From: Octopus bimaculoides
Lineage: Eukaryota
DNA: 36,950 nucleotides
Direction of reading: 5' to 3'
NCBI RefSeq assembly: GCF_001194135.2
Contig: NC_068989.1
Coordinates: 6,764,982-6,801,931 of the forward strand
A program made the translations under genes and the position numbers. Positions 1-11,691 of this stretch are shown one piece after another. Under the pieces are notes generated by a model. That model was given only the letters and a program-made list of their open reading frames with translations. It was not told the origin of the DNA and ran no database searches. Each line of letters starts with the position of its first letter. Position 1 is the first letter of the stretch.

Positions 1-5
1 ATATA

Positions 6-36
<31 letters not shown>

Positions 37-361
37 GCAAATATATATATTTGCATATACATATATTCTTACACACAGCTAGACACACGCGCCCGCGCAC
101 CTAGAGGGGTAGGCATACACACGCACTCTCTGATTCCTATTCTGCTGTGTACATTTTTGTATGCAGTAGTTTTTACTGAACGACAGTCATTATTTGCATA
201 TACCCCATGTAATTTCCTTATTAATCTCTCTCCATCTCTTTCTCCTCCTGTCTGGCTCACTTCTCCTCTGACAACAAAGATACACACACATACAAACACA
301 AACACGCACGTACTCATCCACAAACACACACAAAGAAATAAACTAAATTTATGCATGTTTT

Positions 362-412
362 GCTTTTCTGAGTTTCAGTCCAAGGACTGCAGCCATGCTG
401 GGGCACCACCGT
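362..412 (-). mobile_element. SINE family B 3'-terminal fragment
   Basis: gtttcagtccaaggactgcagccatgctggggcaccacc matches gtttcagtcatttaactgcggccatgcaggagcatcgcc at the 3' end of the minus-strand B copy at ~27892. Confidence 0.6.
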
Positions 413-1116
413 TTAATATTTCCACTAAACCTTCTCTGATATGTGACATTTAGTGGATGAGGGAGTTCGATGTTGCTGCTCCCATTAATGTTTCTTGCCT
501 GGAGGTAAGTTCATCCGGAACTCTTGACAGAGAAAGATATTATTTTGTTTTGAAAAACCCACATGTACGCCATGCAGAACATTGATTGTTTGGACATGTT
601 CAGGCAACCGTGTCAGCCTTAATTTACGACGCCAAATATTGTCACTTGATACTGACACACGGACGTAGTGGGGAACCAATAAGAATATCTAAGCCCAGTC
701 ATGTGACTACCCTCTACCAATCAAATCCTATTCAAATCATACTAATTTGAGCCATGAACTCTCTATAAAAATAGGGCTAGCTTCAAACATTAGTCAGAGG
801 CAAGACTGCTGAGATATAAACCACATATTTCTATTCGAACTTTTTGAAAATCAGTGTAAACTATGAAACCAGTTAAAGCTTTAAATATATTAATAATAAA
901 TATTTTAACTATTCTCATTGCATTTTCAGCTTCTATTCACCTATATTTACATATAATAAATTCAATACAAGGAAGAATAATTTCCTTTACAGGGATGGAA
1001 AAACATCCAATTTTTCACTGGTTTTTCAGTCAACACCCAGTATGGTAGAGAAAAACTTTTCACAACCCAAAAGGTCATATATTCAGTAAACAAAAAAAAA
1101 AAGGAAATGGAAATTT

Positions 1117-1236
1117 ATGATTGACATATTTTAAATATAATTTATTGACATAATATATCACAATAAAAATATATCACAATAAAAATATATATATATATGC
1201 AGGGCTTCCTTTCACACAGTTTCCGCGTATCAACTG
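1117..1236 (+). repeat. 120-bp direct repeat, copy 1 (identical to 2102-2221)
   Basis: atgattgacatattttaaa...ttccgcgtatcaactg is identical at both positions; this copy ends at the N gap. Confidence 0.95.
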
Positions 1237-2038
1237 NNNNNNNNNNNNNNNNNNNNNNNNNNNNNNNNNNNNNNNNNNNNNNNNNNNNNNNNNNNNNNNN
1301 NNNNNNNNNNNNNNNNNNNNNNNNNNNNNNNNNNNNNNNNNNNNNNNNNNNNNNNNNNNNNNNNNNNNNNNNNNNNNNNNNNNNNNNNNNNNNNNNNNNN
1401 NNNNNNNNNNNNNNNNNNNNNNNNNNNNNNNNNNNNNNNNNNNNNNNNNNNNNNNNNNNNNNNNNNNNNNNNNNNNNNNNNNNNNNNNNNNNNNNNNNNN
1501 NNNNNNNNNNNNNNNNNNNNNNNNNNNNNNNNNNNNNNNNNNNNNNNNNNNNNNNNNNNNNNNNNNNNNNNNNNNNNNNNNNNNNNNNNNNNNNNNNNNN
1601 NNNNNNNNNNNNNNNNNNNNNNNNNNNNNNNNNNNNNNNNNNNNNNNNNNNNNNNNNNNNNNNNNNNNNNNNNNNNNNNNNNNNNNNNNNNNNNNNNNNN
1701 NNNNNNNNNNNNNNNNNNNNNNNNNNNNNNNNNNNNNNNNNNNNNNNNNNNNNNNNNNNNNNNNNNNNNNNNNNNNNNNNNNNNNNNNNNNNNNNNNNNN
1801 NNNNNNNNNNNNNNNNNNNNNNNNNNNNNNNNNNNNNNNNNNNNNNNNNNNNNNNNNNNNNNNNNNNNNNNNNNNNNNNNNNNNNNNNNNNNNNNNNNNN
1901 NNNNNNNNNNNNNNNNNNNNNNNNNNNNNNNNNNNNNNNNNNNNNNNNNNNNNNNNNNNNNNNNNNNNNNNNNNNNNNNNNNNNNNNNNNNNNNNNNNNN
2001 NNNNNNNNNNNNNNNNNNNNNNNNNNNNNNNNNNNNNN
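1237..2038. other. Assembly gap. Other gaps: 9681-10332, 10982-11272, 17024-17115, 17810-18124, 19055-19620, 23999-24371, 24998-25236, 25829-26644, 29931-30139, 30712-31637, 32339-32864
   Basis: Runs of N. Most abut (AT)n or (CT)n tracts, typical of a short-read scaffold. Confidence 1.
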
Positions 2039-2101
2039 GGAACACGAGAAAATAAACAGAGAGCGAATAAAAAAAAAAGCTTTAGTAGCTAGCGGTCAAT
2101 C

Positions 2102-2221
2102 ATGATTGACATATTTTAAATATAATTTATTGACATAATATATCACAATAAAAATATATCACAATAAAAATATATATATATATGCAGGGCTTCCTTTCAC
2201 ACAGTTTCCGCGTATCAACTG
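2102..2221 (+). repeat. 120-bp direct repeat, copy 2
   Basis: Identical to 1117-1236 but with a different upstream flank. Confidence 0.95.
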
Positions 2222-2324
2222 CACTCACAAGGCATTAAGTGTCTTCAGTAGAAGACCCTTACTGTAAACGCTGCACATTTCAATTAAATCCGAAGCAAAG
2301 TGTTTTCAATGCAAGTTTCTTAAC
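2187..2324 (-). mobile_element. Degenerate family B-like SINE, 5' half
   Basis: gggcttcc...cagtttccgcgtatcaa...cactcacaaggc...agtagaagacc...gcaagtttcttaac is colinear with the minus-strand B copy at 28128-28258. Confidence 0.6.
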
Positions 2325-3523
2325 TGTGGACATCAATATGTTGTTGAATTTTCTTGAACTGGTTGTCAGAGTTTCATTTTCGATTATTCATGGATTACAG
2401 AAAGCAGCGTGATTTGTGTGAGTTGCGTTTTGATTCATTGCCAAGGATTTCAAAGTCTGTGCTTGTTCTCATTTTGTTATATCTTTTTTCTTTATGGAAT
2501 ATAATACCGAAAGTTCTTATCAAGTAGACTTAGTGTAATTTACTAAAGCGAATTTCGTATCAGTTCTGCAACTGAATCCATGTCTTATGTGACGGTTTAC
2601 ATTATTTTTCATCTGTAGCATACAACTTCAGGTCAACGGTATATAAAAGAGATGGTTGACTGTCCTCGTATATCATTTATCTAGTTTAGCACGTTGATGG
2701 GAGGTTTTATCGACAAGTAGAAAAGAAGTAATGTATGATAACGAGAAAGGAGGAAAGAGAAAGAGAGGAAGAAAGAGAGAGAAAGAGAGAAAAGCAAATT
2801 AAAAAGTGAGAGAGGCGGAATAGATAAAAATATTTCGGAATTCCTCTTATGACAGGTAAGGGATACGTTTTTACAATTCCCTGTTTTATAGTTAACTCGA
2901 CTATTAATTGCCATGTATACATGACATGCCACATGTACCTACTTATTATTTGGACTTAATATTTATGGCTGATATTTCCAAAGTCCACCAGTAGTTTACA
3001 CTGTCAAAAGCATTCTGGAAATATTCCATGCCCTATCATGACCCCTCATTCTTCTACAGATTCCTCTAAGATTCCTAATAGTCTTTTGCGCATATATATA
3101 TATATACGAGCCCTTGCTGCATTCTTTCTGTACTAGAAGCTCCTCTTTTTATTTTCCAGGTAGTTCTATATTCTCTGTGATATCGTTCTAGTTATGGCTT
3201 TCTAACCGGTAAGCTGACATACTGGAGGTCTGCCGCTGTTAGAGTCTCTGATATCTTTAATCTAGTTTATCGAATCGAGAGGCTTGCATTTAGTGAGTCA
3301 TAAAGATAGTGCTTTTGGTTATTTTAATAAAACTTACGGAAAGGGTAAACAGTCATTTCGTGATTACGACGGGGTTAAACAGTTTCCGTAAAAAAAAAAC
3401 AGGATACATCTTCAAAACAATGGTAAAATATTCAGCGACCGAAAACGGCAAAGCAGGAGCTAATTTAAAAAAGAAACCCACCGGTGGTGTTTCCAGCATA
3501 GGCCCAACTATGGTATCTATAAT

Positions 3524-3738
3524 CCTTTCTACTGAATTCAACGCCTCAAATTTGGGGAAAGGGATTAAATCGATTACATCGACCCCAGTGCGTAACTGGT
3601 ACTTATTTAATCGACCCGAAAGGATGAAAGGCAAAGTCGACCTCGGTGGAATTTGAACTCAGAACGTGAAGACGGACGAAATACCGTAAAGCATTTTGCC
3701 TGGCGTGCTAACGATTCTGCCAGCTCGCCCGCCGCCCT
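3524..3738 (-). mobile_element. SINE family A, full length, with degenerate 15-bp TSD
   Basis: Reverse complement reads ggcgagctggcagaatcgttagcacgcc (A box) ... gagttcaaattcc (B box) ... gtcgactttgcctttcatcctttcgggtcgat. Flanks tatggtatctataat (3509-3523) and tatgatgcctataat (3739-3753) match 12/15. Confidence 0.9.
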
Positions 3739-3747
3739 TATGATGCC

Positions 3748-3748
<1 letters not shown>

Positions 3749-3831
<83 letters not shown>
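3749..3831 (+). repeat. (TAA)n microsatellite
   Basis: About 27 perfect units; equivalent to the (TTA)n tail of the minus-strand A copy at 3832-3963. Confidence 0.98.
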
Positions 3832-3963
3832 TCTTTAAACTATAGGCACATGGTCTGAAATTTGGGGGAGGTGGTAGTTGATTTCATCGATCCTAGTGCT
3901 CAAAAGTCATTCATTTTATCGACCACGAAATGATGAGAAGCAAGGACGAATTCAGTCGAATTG
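3832..3963 (-). mobile_element. Older degenerate SINE family A, 3' half (tail type 2)
   Basis: Reverse complement ...catcatttcgtggtcgataaaat...atcgatgaaatcaact...aaatttcagaccatgtgcctatag resembles the 3' half of the 14481 copy. Confidence 0.7.
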
Positions 3964-4134
3964 CTTAGCGGTATTTCGTCTGCCGTTACGTTCTGAGTTC
4001 AAATTTCGCCGAAGTCGACTTTGCCTTTCATCCTTTCGGGGTCGATTAAATAAGTACCAGTTACGCACTGCGGTCGATGTAATCGACTTAATCCCTTTGT
4101 TTGTCCCCAATATGTTTAGACCCTGTGGGCAAAG
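3962..4134 (+). mobile_element. SINE family A, 5'-truncated (tail type 1)
   Basis: tgcttagcggtatttcg...gagttcaaatttcgccg...gtcgatgtaatcgacttaatccctttg...gtgggcaaagaa, running into (GAA)n. Confidence 0.92.
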
Positions 4135-4250
4135 AAGAAGAAGAAGAAGGAGAAGAAGAAAAAGAAGAAGGAGAAGAAGAAGAAGAAGAAGAAGAAGAAG
4201 AAGAAGAAGAAGAAGAAGAAGAAGAAGAAGAAGAAGAAGAAGAAGAAGAA
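4133..4250 (+). repeat. (GAA)n microsatellite grown from the SINE tail
   Basis: About 38 GAA/GGA/AAA units directly after the SINE 3' end. Confidence 0.97.
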
Positions 4251-4804
4251 GCAATAACAACAAACCCAACAAGAACAAAAGCATGTGGCGGGCGATGTGC
4301 AAGGCAACGTCAACGCCGGTGGGTAAAGCGAAAGACGTAGCTTGAAAAATATTGGACAGCACGAATGAGTGATTGGTGACAAAGCTGTATAAAAGAAAAC
4401 AAGACAGAACATATAGCGAAAGACCTCGACCACATGACCAGACATATATTTCAGTCTAACTATGATACTCCTTGAACTTATAGAAGATAACCATAGTTAA
4501 TTCGTTACAACGATTAGACAAACATTCAAAGTATAATAGATACGTAAACATAACAATCTCCGTATACTAATGTCAGTGCACTTGTTGATGCACACACGAA
4601 CGAAGATATATATTAGCAGGCATGCAAACGCTTCCACAAGTAGATGCGAAAATATACTCAGGTGCGTATATAAGGATATATTCATGATGAAAACAACCGC
4701 CAGGCTTATTTTCCTTGTGAAAGAAAATATTTTGATTTCATATACGCCTGTGTATGTATGTATATATTGCTAACAACCACCCCACTTCTTATTTATACAT
4801 ACAT

Positions 4805-4849
<45 letters not shown>

Positions 4850-5340
4850 GAGAGAGAGAGAGAAAGAGAAAGGGGAGATTAATAAATATATAAGCATGCA
4901 TGTATATATCTATCTGCGTAAACATATTTATGAATACACACACACACACATACACACATATATATATATATTAAGATATATACATAGGAACTTACGTTCA
5001 TTCATACATATGTATTTGCATACATATACACACATACACACTCAAACTTAGTCACACAAACGCATAAACACATTTAAAATCGATCTAACTTACCGACCTT
5101 CCTTGTGTTTCTTCATACACACACATATACTTGTGTGTGTATGTGTGTGTGTGTATTCCTTTGTATTTGCGTATATCTGAATGTGAAGTGTTTACTCCGT
5201 AATAATGAGCTATTTAAAATTTGTCTTTTGTTCTGGCGAATAATAATGTACAGCAAAAGTCTTTGCGACTATTTTTCTTCTATTTTGCTTCGTCTCTTTA
5301 CTTATATGTGAGTGGATAAATCGTGTTTATGTATTCATTC

Positions 5341-5375
<35 letters not shown>

Positions 5376-5784
5376 TAAACATAGATATATAAACATATAT
5401 ATGTGTTTGTGTGTACGTGTGTGTGTCTACCGTTAAAATCTCATTTTGTTAATAATATTGATTAAACTATAGACATACGTTTACATTTTTTTTAAAGTTT
5501 GCGTCGATATACGAAGCAAACACGAGAAGGAAAGATATTTGTGGGTTCAAGTTGGACATCGAGCTGCCATTGTTAATCTCTTGCTACGATTTCAGCTATT
5601 TCTATGTAACAACTTTTCAGACCGTTTTTGCTTTTTGGAATCATATAACATTTGTCATATCATCATTCAGTAATAACTAAATTGTCAGATTTGAGGTTCC
5701 ATTCAATTTCCTTTCTGAAGGTATGTATATGTTGCTTTTATCAGAATTAAAATGGAGTAGCAGTTAAAAAGTTAGAGTCTTTAA

Positions 5785-5942
5785 TGATGACCTTGAAGAA
5801 TCTTTAACCGAACGAATGGGCACTTTTAAGCCAGATACTTATTCTATCGGTCTCGAACCGCTAAGTTAAAGGAATGTTAAATAAACCAACACCGATTTGG
5901 GTAACAAACAAAGGCACAAATGTGTGTGTGTGTGTGTGTGCT

Positions 5943-5973
<31 letters not shown>

Positions 5974-6138
5974 GGGTGTGTATGATTGTCGTCTTTCATT
6001 TTCTGTCTTCCAAATCCACTGGCAAGCCTCTGGTCAGCTCGAGGCTATAGTACAAGGCAGTTGCCCAGGGTGCCACGCACTAGAACTGAACTCGGAACCG
6101 TGTGGTTGGGAAGCAAACTACTTATCATGTACTCACGC
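5785..6138 (-). mobile_element. SINE family B, degenerate, near full length, with internal (GT)n
   Basis: tacttattctatcggtc...gaaccgctaagtt, then a (GT)n block, then ccaaatccact...gaggctatagta...ttgcccagggtgccacgca...cggaaccgtgtggttgg; colinear with 27869-28258. Confidence 0.85.
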
Positions 6139-6861
6139 TTGCACCTATCGATAATATGCAAAAGAATAGTCGAACAGTTTATTTTTTCCTTGGCTACAAG
6201 TGTTTCAGCAAAATATGACTTTCATGAAACTATAAATAAGTTGGAAAAGATTAAGATGAGCAATTATTATATAACATTGATTACATAATATCGATTATAT
6301 TATATAGATCCCGATTCATTTCATCATGTCCGAATGAATAAATTGATGCGAGAAAAACTTCGATTAATTCACCTATAAATAGACGCAGACAATTTGATAG
6401 GAGAGTTCATATTCTTATAGAAGGAGGATCTATTAGAAATGTAAATAAAAGAATTCGCAAAGACGACGATGCTAGTGTATCAATTGATGAGATCATTTTA
6501 GAAGTTGAATTTATTAATTAGTCTATATACATTCAGACAATTGTTCGATCGAGAAGGTAAAATAGTATTAAAACTGTATATCATAATAGAAAGTGTCATC
6601 AATCAACTGGGATAGGCATTTCTAGAGTATCATCAAAGAAAGCATTAACGATCAGAGAGAGCGTAAAGATGTACGGAAAATAAGAGAGAGAGAGAGAAAA
6701 AAGAGAGAGTGGGAGGGAGAGAAACAAGAGGGAGAGAAATTGAAAGAGTAACAGCAGTAAATGCATTTCATTTGAAAGGAAGAGAAAATGTCTACACTTA
6801 AAATGGGTCGGGAGATTAGTATGGCAGGGAGTAACACAAGTCAGAACATAATAATTCAAAA

Positions 6862-7093
6862 GGCGGCGGGCTGGCAGAAACGTTAGCAACGCCGGGCGAA
6901 ATGCTTAGCAATATTTCGTCCGCCGCTGCGTTCTGAGTTCAAATTCCGCCAGCGTCGACTTTGCCTTTCATCCTTTCGGGGTCGATTAAATAAGTACCAG
7001 TTACGCACTGGGGGCGATACAATCGACTTAATCCATTCGTCTGTCCTTGTTTGTTCCCTCTATGTTTAGCCCCTTGTAGGCAATAAAGAAATA
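6862..7093 (+). mobile_element. SINE family A, full length (tail type 1), with perfect 18-bp TSD
   Basis: Head ggcggcgggctggcagaaacgttagc, B box gagttcaaattcc, tail ggcaataaagaaata. TSD AGAACATAATAATTCAAA at 6843-6860 and 7094-7111. Confidence 0.95.
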
Positions 7094-7520
7094 AGAACAT
7101 AATAATTCAAACATTTTGTCAGTGAACAGGTCGCTGTTTCAAAGCAAGGAAAATATTTTGACAAATTAAATTTAAATGTTGAAGTGAATCTGACGGTTTT
7201 TGGGTGTGTTGTTTTTAATGGTTTATAAACACCTTCCACGCTGCAATTGTTTATATTAAGCAGTAAAATATTATTATGTCATAAGAAAGAAGAAAGCAAA
7301 GGACCACTGATGAGGTTACAGAAGTGTGACGAAAGAACACTGGCCGAAATAGGATTAATGTAATGTGATGTAATATAAAGCTGAAGCAAATTAACACCAA
7401 ATATACAGTGCGTGTGTTTTTATTGGCTAAACTGGCAATATGACCATCCCCGAGTACAACAACATTATTATGTCACTTCATAATAAAATTTTAATGTGAA
7501 AAAATAATAGCAAAAATTAT

Positions 7521-7740
7521 TAGATAACAATGGCACTCTTCTTTTAATTTTGACTCTATATCTACAAGAGGAGTTACCTCAATCCTTTCTATATTAACCA
7601 AAATGAAGTAGATTGACAAATTAATTTTTTGAACCAGTTCAAGACACAAAATGTCGAAATATCGTTCGCTAGATAACAATACCACTCTTCTTTTAATTTT
7701 GACTCTGTATCTTCAGGAGGAGTTACTTCAATCCTTTCTA

Positions 7741-7745
<5 letters not shown>
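7521..7745 (+). repeat. 76-bp direct duplication (7521-7596 and 7670-7745)
   Basis: tagataacaat..cactcttcttttaattttgactct...aatcctttctatatta occurs twice with 6 mismatches; period 149 bp. Confidence 0.93.

Positions 7746-7796
<51 letters not shown>
7740..7796 (+). repeat. (TAT)n microsatellite
   Basis: Perfect repeat starting at the end of the second 76-bp copy. Confidence 0.97.
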
Positions 7797-7797
<1 letters not shown>

Positions 7798-8329
7798 TCT
7801 CTCGATGCTCTGACGAATGAGATTTTAGCAGGAAACAGCTGCAGAGCGAGCTTAGTTCGACGTTTTGACGTATGTATAGAAATGTGTGTGTGTGTGTGTG
7901 TGTGTGTGTTGGTGGTGGTGGTGTGTGATGTCCGTATGTATATACGTGTGTGTATCTATAGATAGACATATATCTTTGGGAAATACGTACGAATATGTGT
8001 ATCAATGCTCACCAGTGTTCATAATTAAAGTATAGATCAATTAAACGGCATGGTTGCTCTGTAAGTTTTGAAATCGATAAAATACACCAAATTTGCTGCT
8101 TTAAACATAGTCTTTGGAGACATTTCGAGGAAGAAGCATCGAGAACTGCGTTGAAGGCGTTGTGCTATACGTAATAAGTATCGGTTTTGTTGCCCAGATG
8201 TGCTGTTTAACGGAAATAATTCGTCAGAGACGTAAATTATCGAGAGATTATTAGGCTTACTGCTCTTCCTGTGCTTGTCGTAATTTTATTGCTAATGGTG
8301 GAGCTACTGGACAGCTTTGCAAGGGCATC

Positions 8330-8546
8330 TCTCTATCTATCTATTTATCTATCTATTTGTCTGTCTGTGTGTCCGTCTATCTATCTGCCAATGCGTTAGT
8401 CTGTCTGTCTATCGACTTATCTGTCTACTTATGTATAACAGCACTTTTTCTTGCTATCAGCCTATCAGTTTATCTATCTAGTAATTTCTCTGCTTATTGC
8501 TTTTTCTTTCTTTAGTTTGTCAACAGATCTATTTGTCCATCCGTAA

Positions 8547-8608
<62 letters not shown>

Positions 8609-8630
8609 TTATCTATCTATCTATTTATAT
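8330..8630 (+). repeat. (ATCT)n/(GTCT)n compound tetranucleotide tract
   Basis: Near-perfect ATCT run at ~8547-8627 with degenerate ATCT/GTCT upstream. Confidence 0.9.
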
Positions 8631-9216
8631 AAGACCTTTCCCTCTATCTGCCTTCTAACTAACTAACTACCTCTCTCTCTATTTACATATATACATACAA
8701 ACATATAAAGTGTGTGTGTGTGTGTGTGTGTGTGTCCATCCATGCTTACGTCATTCTATTTGCTCATTGGCTTGCTTTTACTTTCTTCAAATGTTGAAGA
8801 AACAAATAAAATTATACGACAAATAAATACATTACAAGTATTTATAATGGAGGTTGTAACGACCTTGTCGTTTTTAGTGCGGATGAGGGAACAGAATTAT
8901 AAACTGCTGACAAGTCTCTGACAACTCTTATGGTTAAAAAACGGTTACGATCTTTAAAACGAATGCTATAATTTGATATAAGTTGCATATCTATGAATTG
9001 TTTGTTAAACAAAAATTTCATAAATTTTCACAGCACATATGCTCCCCACTGGATTTTGAACTCGTAATTCGCTACTAGTATTAAATAGGCTGCACACACC
9101 TGCTCTGAGGAATTAGTGATATGAATAACAATATTGGTTGGACACAAAAATTAACCTCATTGATATTGTTCAGTGACAACAGAAACTTTACTGAAATTTT
9201 AATCTTTTATCCCATG

Positions 9217-9310
9217 CTTCTTTCAGTCATCGGATTGCAGTTGTATTCAGGCACCGACTTAGCTGGAGCACCGACTTGGCCGGAGCACCACCAGTTTCCG
9301 AGCAAGATCG
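9217..9310 (-). mobile_element. SINE family B 3' fragment with an internal 17-bp tandem duplication
   Basis: tttcagtcatcggattgcag followed by gcaccgacttagctgga gcaccgacttggccgga gcacc; compare tttcagtcatttaactgcggccatgcaggagcatcgcc at 27893. Confidence 0.55.
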
Positions 9311-9513
9311 CCAGCTGTATATATGTCTACTCCATAGAAATCTAAGTATTTACTTGTTCTACGAACTAAAGTGTAAAATTCATATTACTAAAAATTTTTT
9401 TTTAATAATAAATTAAACTAATTAGAACTACCAGTGAATTCTTTTTCTTTTTTCAAACATACCTAACTGCACCAAGGATCTCATACATTTTCTAATATAT
9501 ATTACATATATAT

Positions 9514-9638
9514 TGCTTACTAATCACATGGTTCCGGGTTCAGCTCCACTGCGTGACACCTTGGGCAGGTGTTTTCTACTATAGGCTCGGGTCAACCGAA
9601 GCCTTGAGAGTGGATTTGGTACACGAAAGAATCCTGTC

Positions 9639-9640
<2 letters not shown>
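9514..9640 (+). mobile_element. SINE family B, 5' part, running into (AT)n and a gap
   Basis: tgcttactaatcacatggttccgggttcagctccactgcgtgacaccttgggcaggtgttttctactatagg matches 14829-14910. Confidence 0.9.
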
Positions 9641-9680
<40 letters not shown>

Positions 9681-10332
9681 NNNNNNNNNNNNNNNNNNNN
9701 NNNNNNNNNNNNNNNNNNNNNNNNNNNNNNNNNNNNNNNNNNNNNNNNNNNNNNNNNNNNNNNNNNNNNNNNNNNNNNNNNNNNNNNNNNNNNNNNNNNN
9801 NNNNNNNNNNNNNNNNNNNNNNNNNNNNNNNNNNNNNNNNNNNNNNNNNNNNNNNNNNNNNNNNNNNNNNNNNNNNNNNNNNNNNNNNNNNNNNNNNNNN
9901 NNNNNNNNNNNNNNNNNNNNNNNNNNNNNNNNNNNNNNNNNNNNNNNNNNNNNNNNNNNNNNNNNNNNNNNNNNNNNNNNNNNNNNNNNNNNNNNNNNNN
10001 NNNNNNNNNNNNNNNNNNNNNNNNNNNNNNNNNNNNNNNNNNNNNNNNNNNNNNNNNNNNNNNNNNNNNNNNNNNNNNNNNNNNNNNNNNNNNNNNNNNN
10101 NNNNNNNNNNNNNNNNNNNNNNNNNNNNNNNNNNNNNNNNNNNNNNNNNNNNNNNNNNNNNNNNNNNNNNNNNNNNNNNNNNNNNNNNNNNNNNNNNNNN
10201 NNNNNNNNNNNNNNNNNNNNNNNNNNNNNNNNNNNNNNNNNNNNNNNNNNNNNNNNNNNNNNNNNNNNNNNNNNNNNNNNNNNNNNNNNNNNNNNNNNNN
10301 NNNNNNNNNNNNNNNNNNNNNNNNNNNNNNNN

Positions 10333-10369
<37 letters not shown>

Positions 10370-10948
10370 TAACTAACTTAATGTACTTACTTTTCATTGA
10401 GAATGTAAGCATCTCTTCTCCTTCAGTTTCATATATAACTTGTAATTACATAAAGTGATTTTACATACATACACGCACAAACTCACACAAGTTGGGAGAA
10501 GAGAGCTGAAGGCACAAAGCGAAATATGTACAATTATTTTATTGACTGCGAATACAACATACAGCTAGGATACTTAAGTACTTCCGTTACTCAAAACTTC
10601 AAAGGCCTTGAGTTTTACTCAAAATCCTTGAGATTCTATTCAACGATTATGAGATTCGTAGAAAAATTATTAACTGAAGTGAAAAGTGTCAAAATCGATC
10701 GGTTAGATGAACTCCGAGTTTCGGCTTTAAAAAAATATTTATGTGTACGTACGTATGAATGTCTAGGTGTATATGTGAGTGAATGTGTATGTGTGTATGT
10801 AAGTATTATGCATATGTGTGTGGTAGATGAACATTTTAATATCTGAAGGAACAAATAAATGACGAAAAAAAACAAACCCGTTTCCGGATGTTACGCCATG
10901 GTTAGAATGGCTCCAACCGGATGTGATTTGTGTACTCCATCCACCAAT

Positions 10949-10981
<33 letters not shown>

Positions 10982-11272
10982 NNNNNNNNNNNNNNNNNNN
11001 NNNNNNNNNNNNNNNNNNNNNNNNNNNNNNNNNNNNNNNNNNNNNNNNNNNNNNNNNNNNNNNNNNNNNNNNNNNNNNNNNNNNNNNNNNNNNNNNNNNN
11101 NNNNNNNNNNNNNNNNNNNNNNNNNNNNNNNNNNNNNNNNNNNNNNNNNNNNNNNNNNNNNNNNNNNNNNNNNNNNNNNNNNNNNNNNNNNNNNNNNNNN
11201 NNNNNNNNNNNNNNNNNNNNNNNNNNNNNNNNNNNNNNNNNNNNNNNNNNNNNNNNNNNNNNNNNNNNNNNN

Positions 11273-11304
<32 letters not shown>

Positions 11305-11497
11305 TTTATTAAAGGCATCAAAAATATCACAACACCTGTTACTCAGAGTTTCACGTTCCCGTTCGTCGGACAGTTTTGTTACTCTGACCAACAGTTCTTG
11401 TGCTATTACTGCTGCTTTTAATAAAACATATTACTCTACCTCTGGTATTTGAGTACTATTTTTTCTACCTTCTGTCACATTTATGTGCTTACTCCGG

Positions 11498-11501
<4 letters not shown>

Positions 11502-11574
<73 letters not shown>

Positions 11575-11691
11575 CCGTGCGGTGTGTGTATATATATATA
11601 TATCTGCTCACATATAAATAGGTACATGTATGTAATATATACATATATATGTATTTATATATGCATATACAAATACATCTATGCGCACGTG

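Noticed and set aside
485-720. RT-like words (LFGHV on plus; RRKLRL on minus)
   Set aside because: The motifs are on opposite strands, LFGHV is directly preceded by a stop, and no other RT motifs are nearby.
3832-4134. Twin-priming 5' inversion as the origin of the back-to-back A copies
   Set aside because: The inverted part repeats the same core, has a different tail and is much more diverged, so these are two independent insertions.
3653-4445. Poly-I, poly-E, poly-R, poly-L and poly-F ORFs
   Set aside because: They are translations of the (TAA)n and (GAA)n microsatellites plus SINE sequence.
9043-9080. Minus-strand B-box-like gagttcaaaatcc
   Set aside because: No matching A box or SINE body could be aligned; too short to call.
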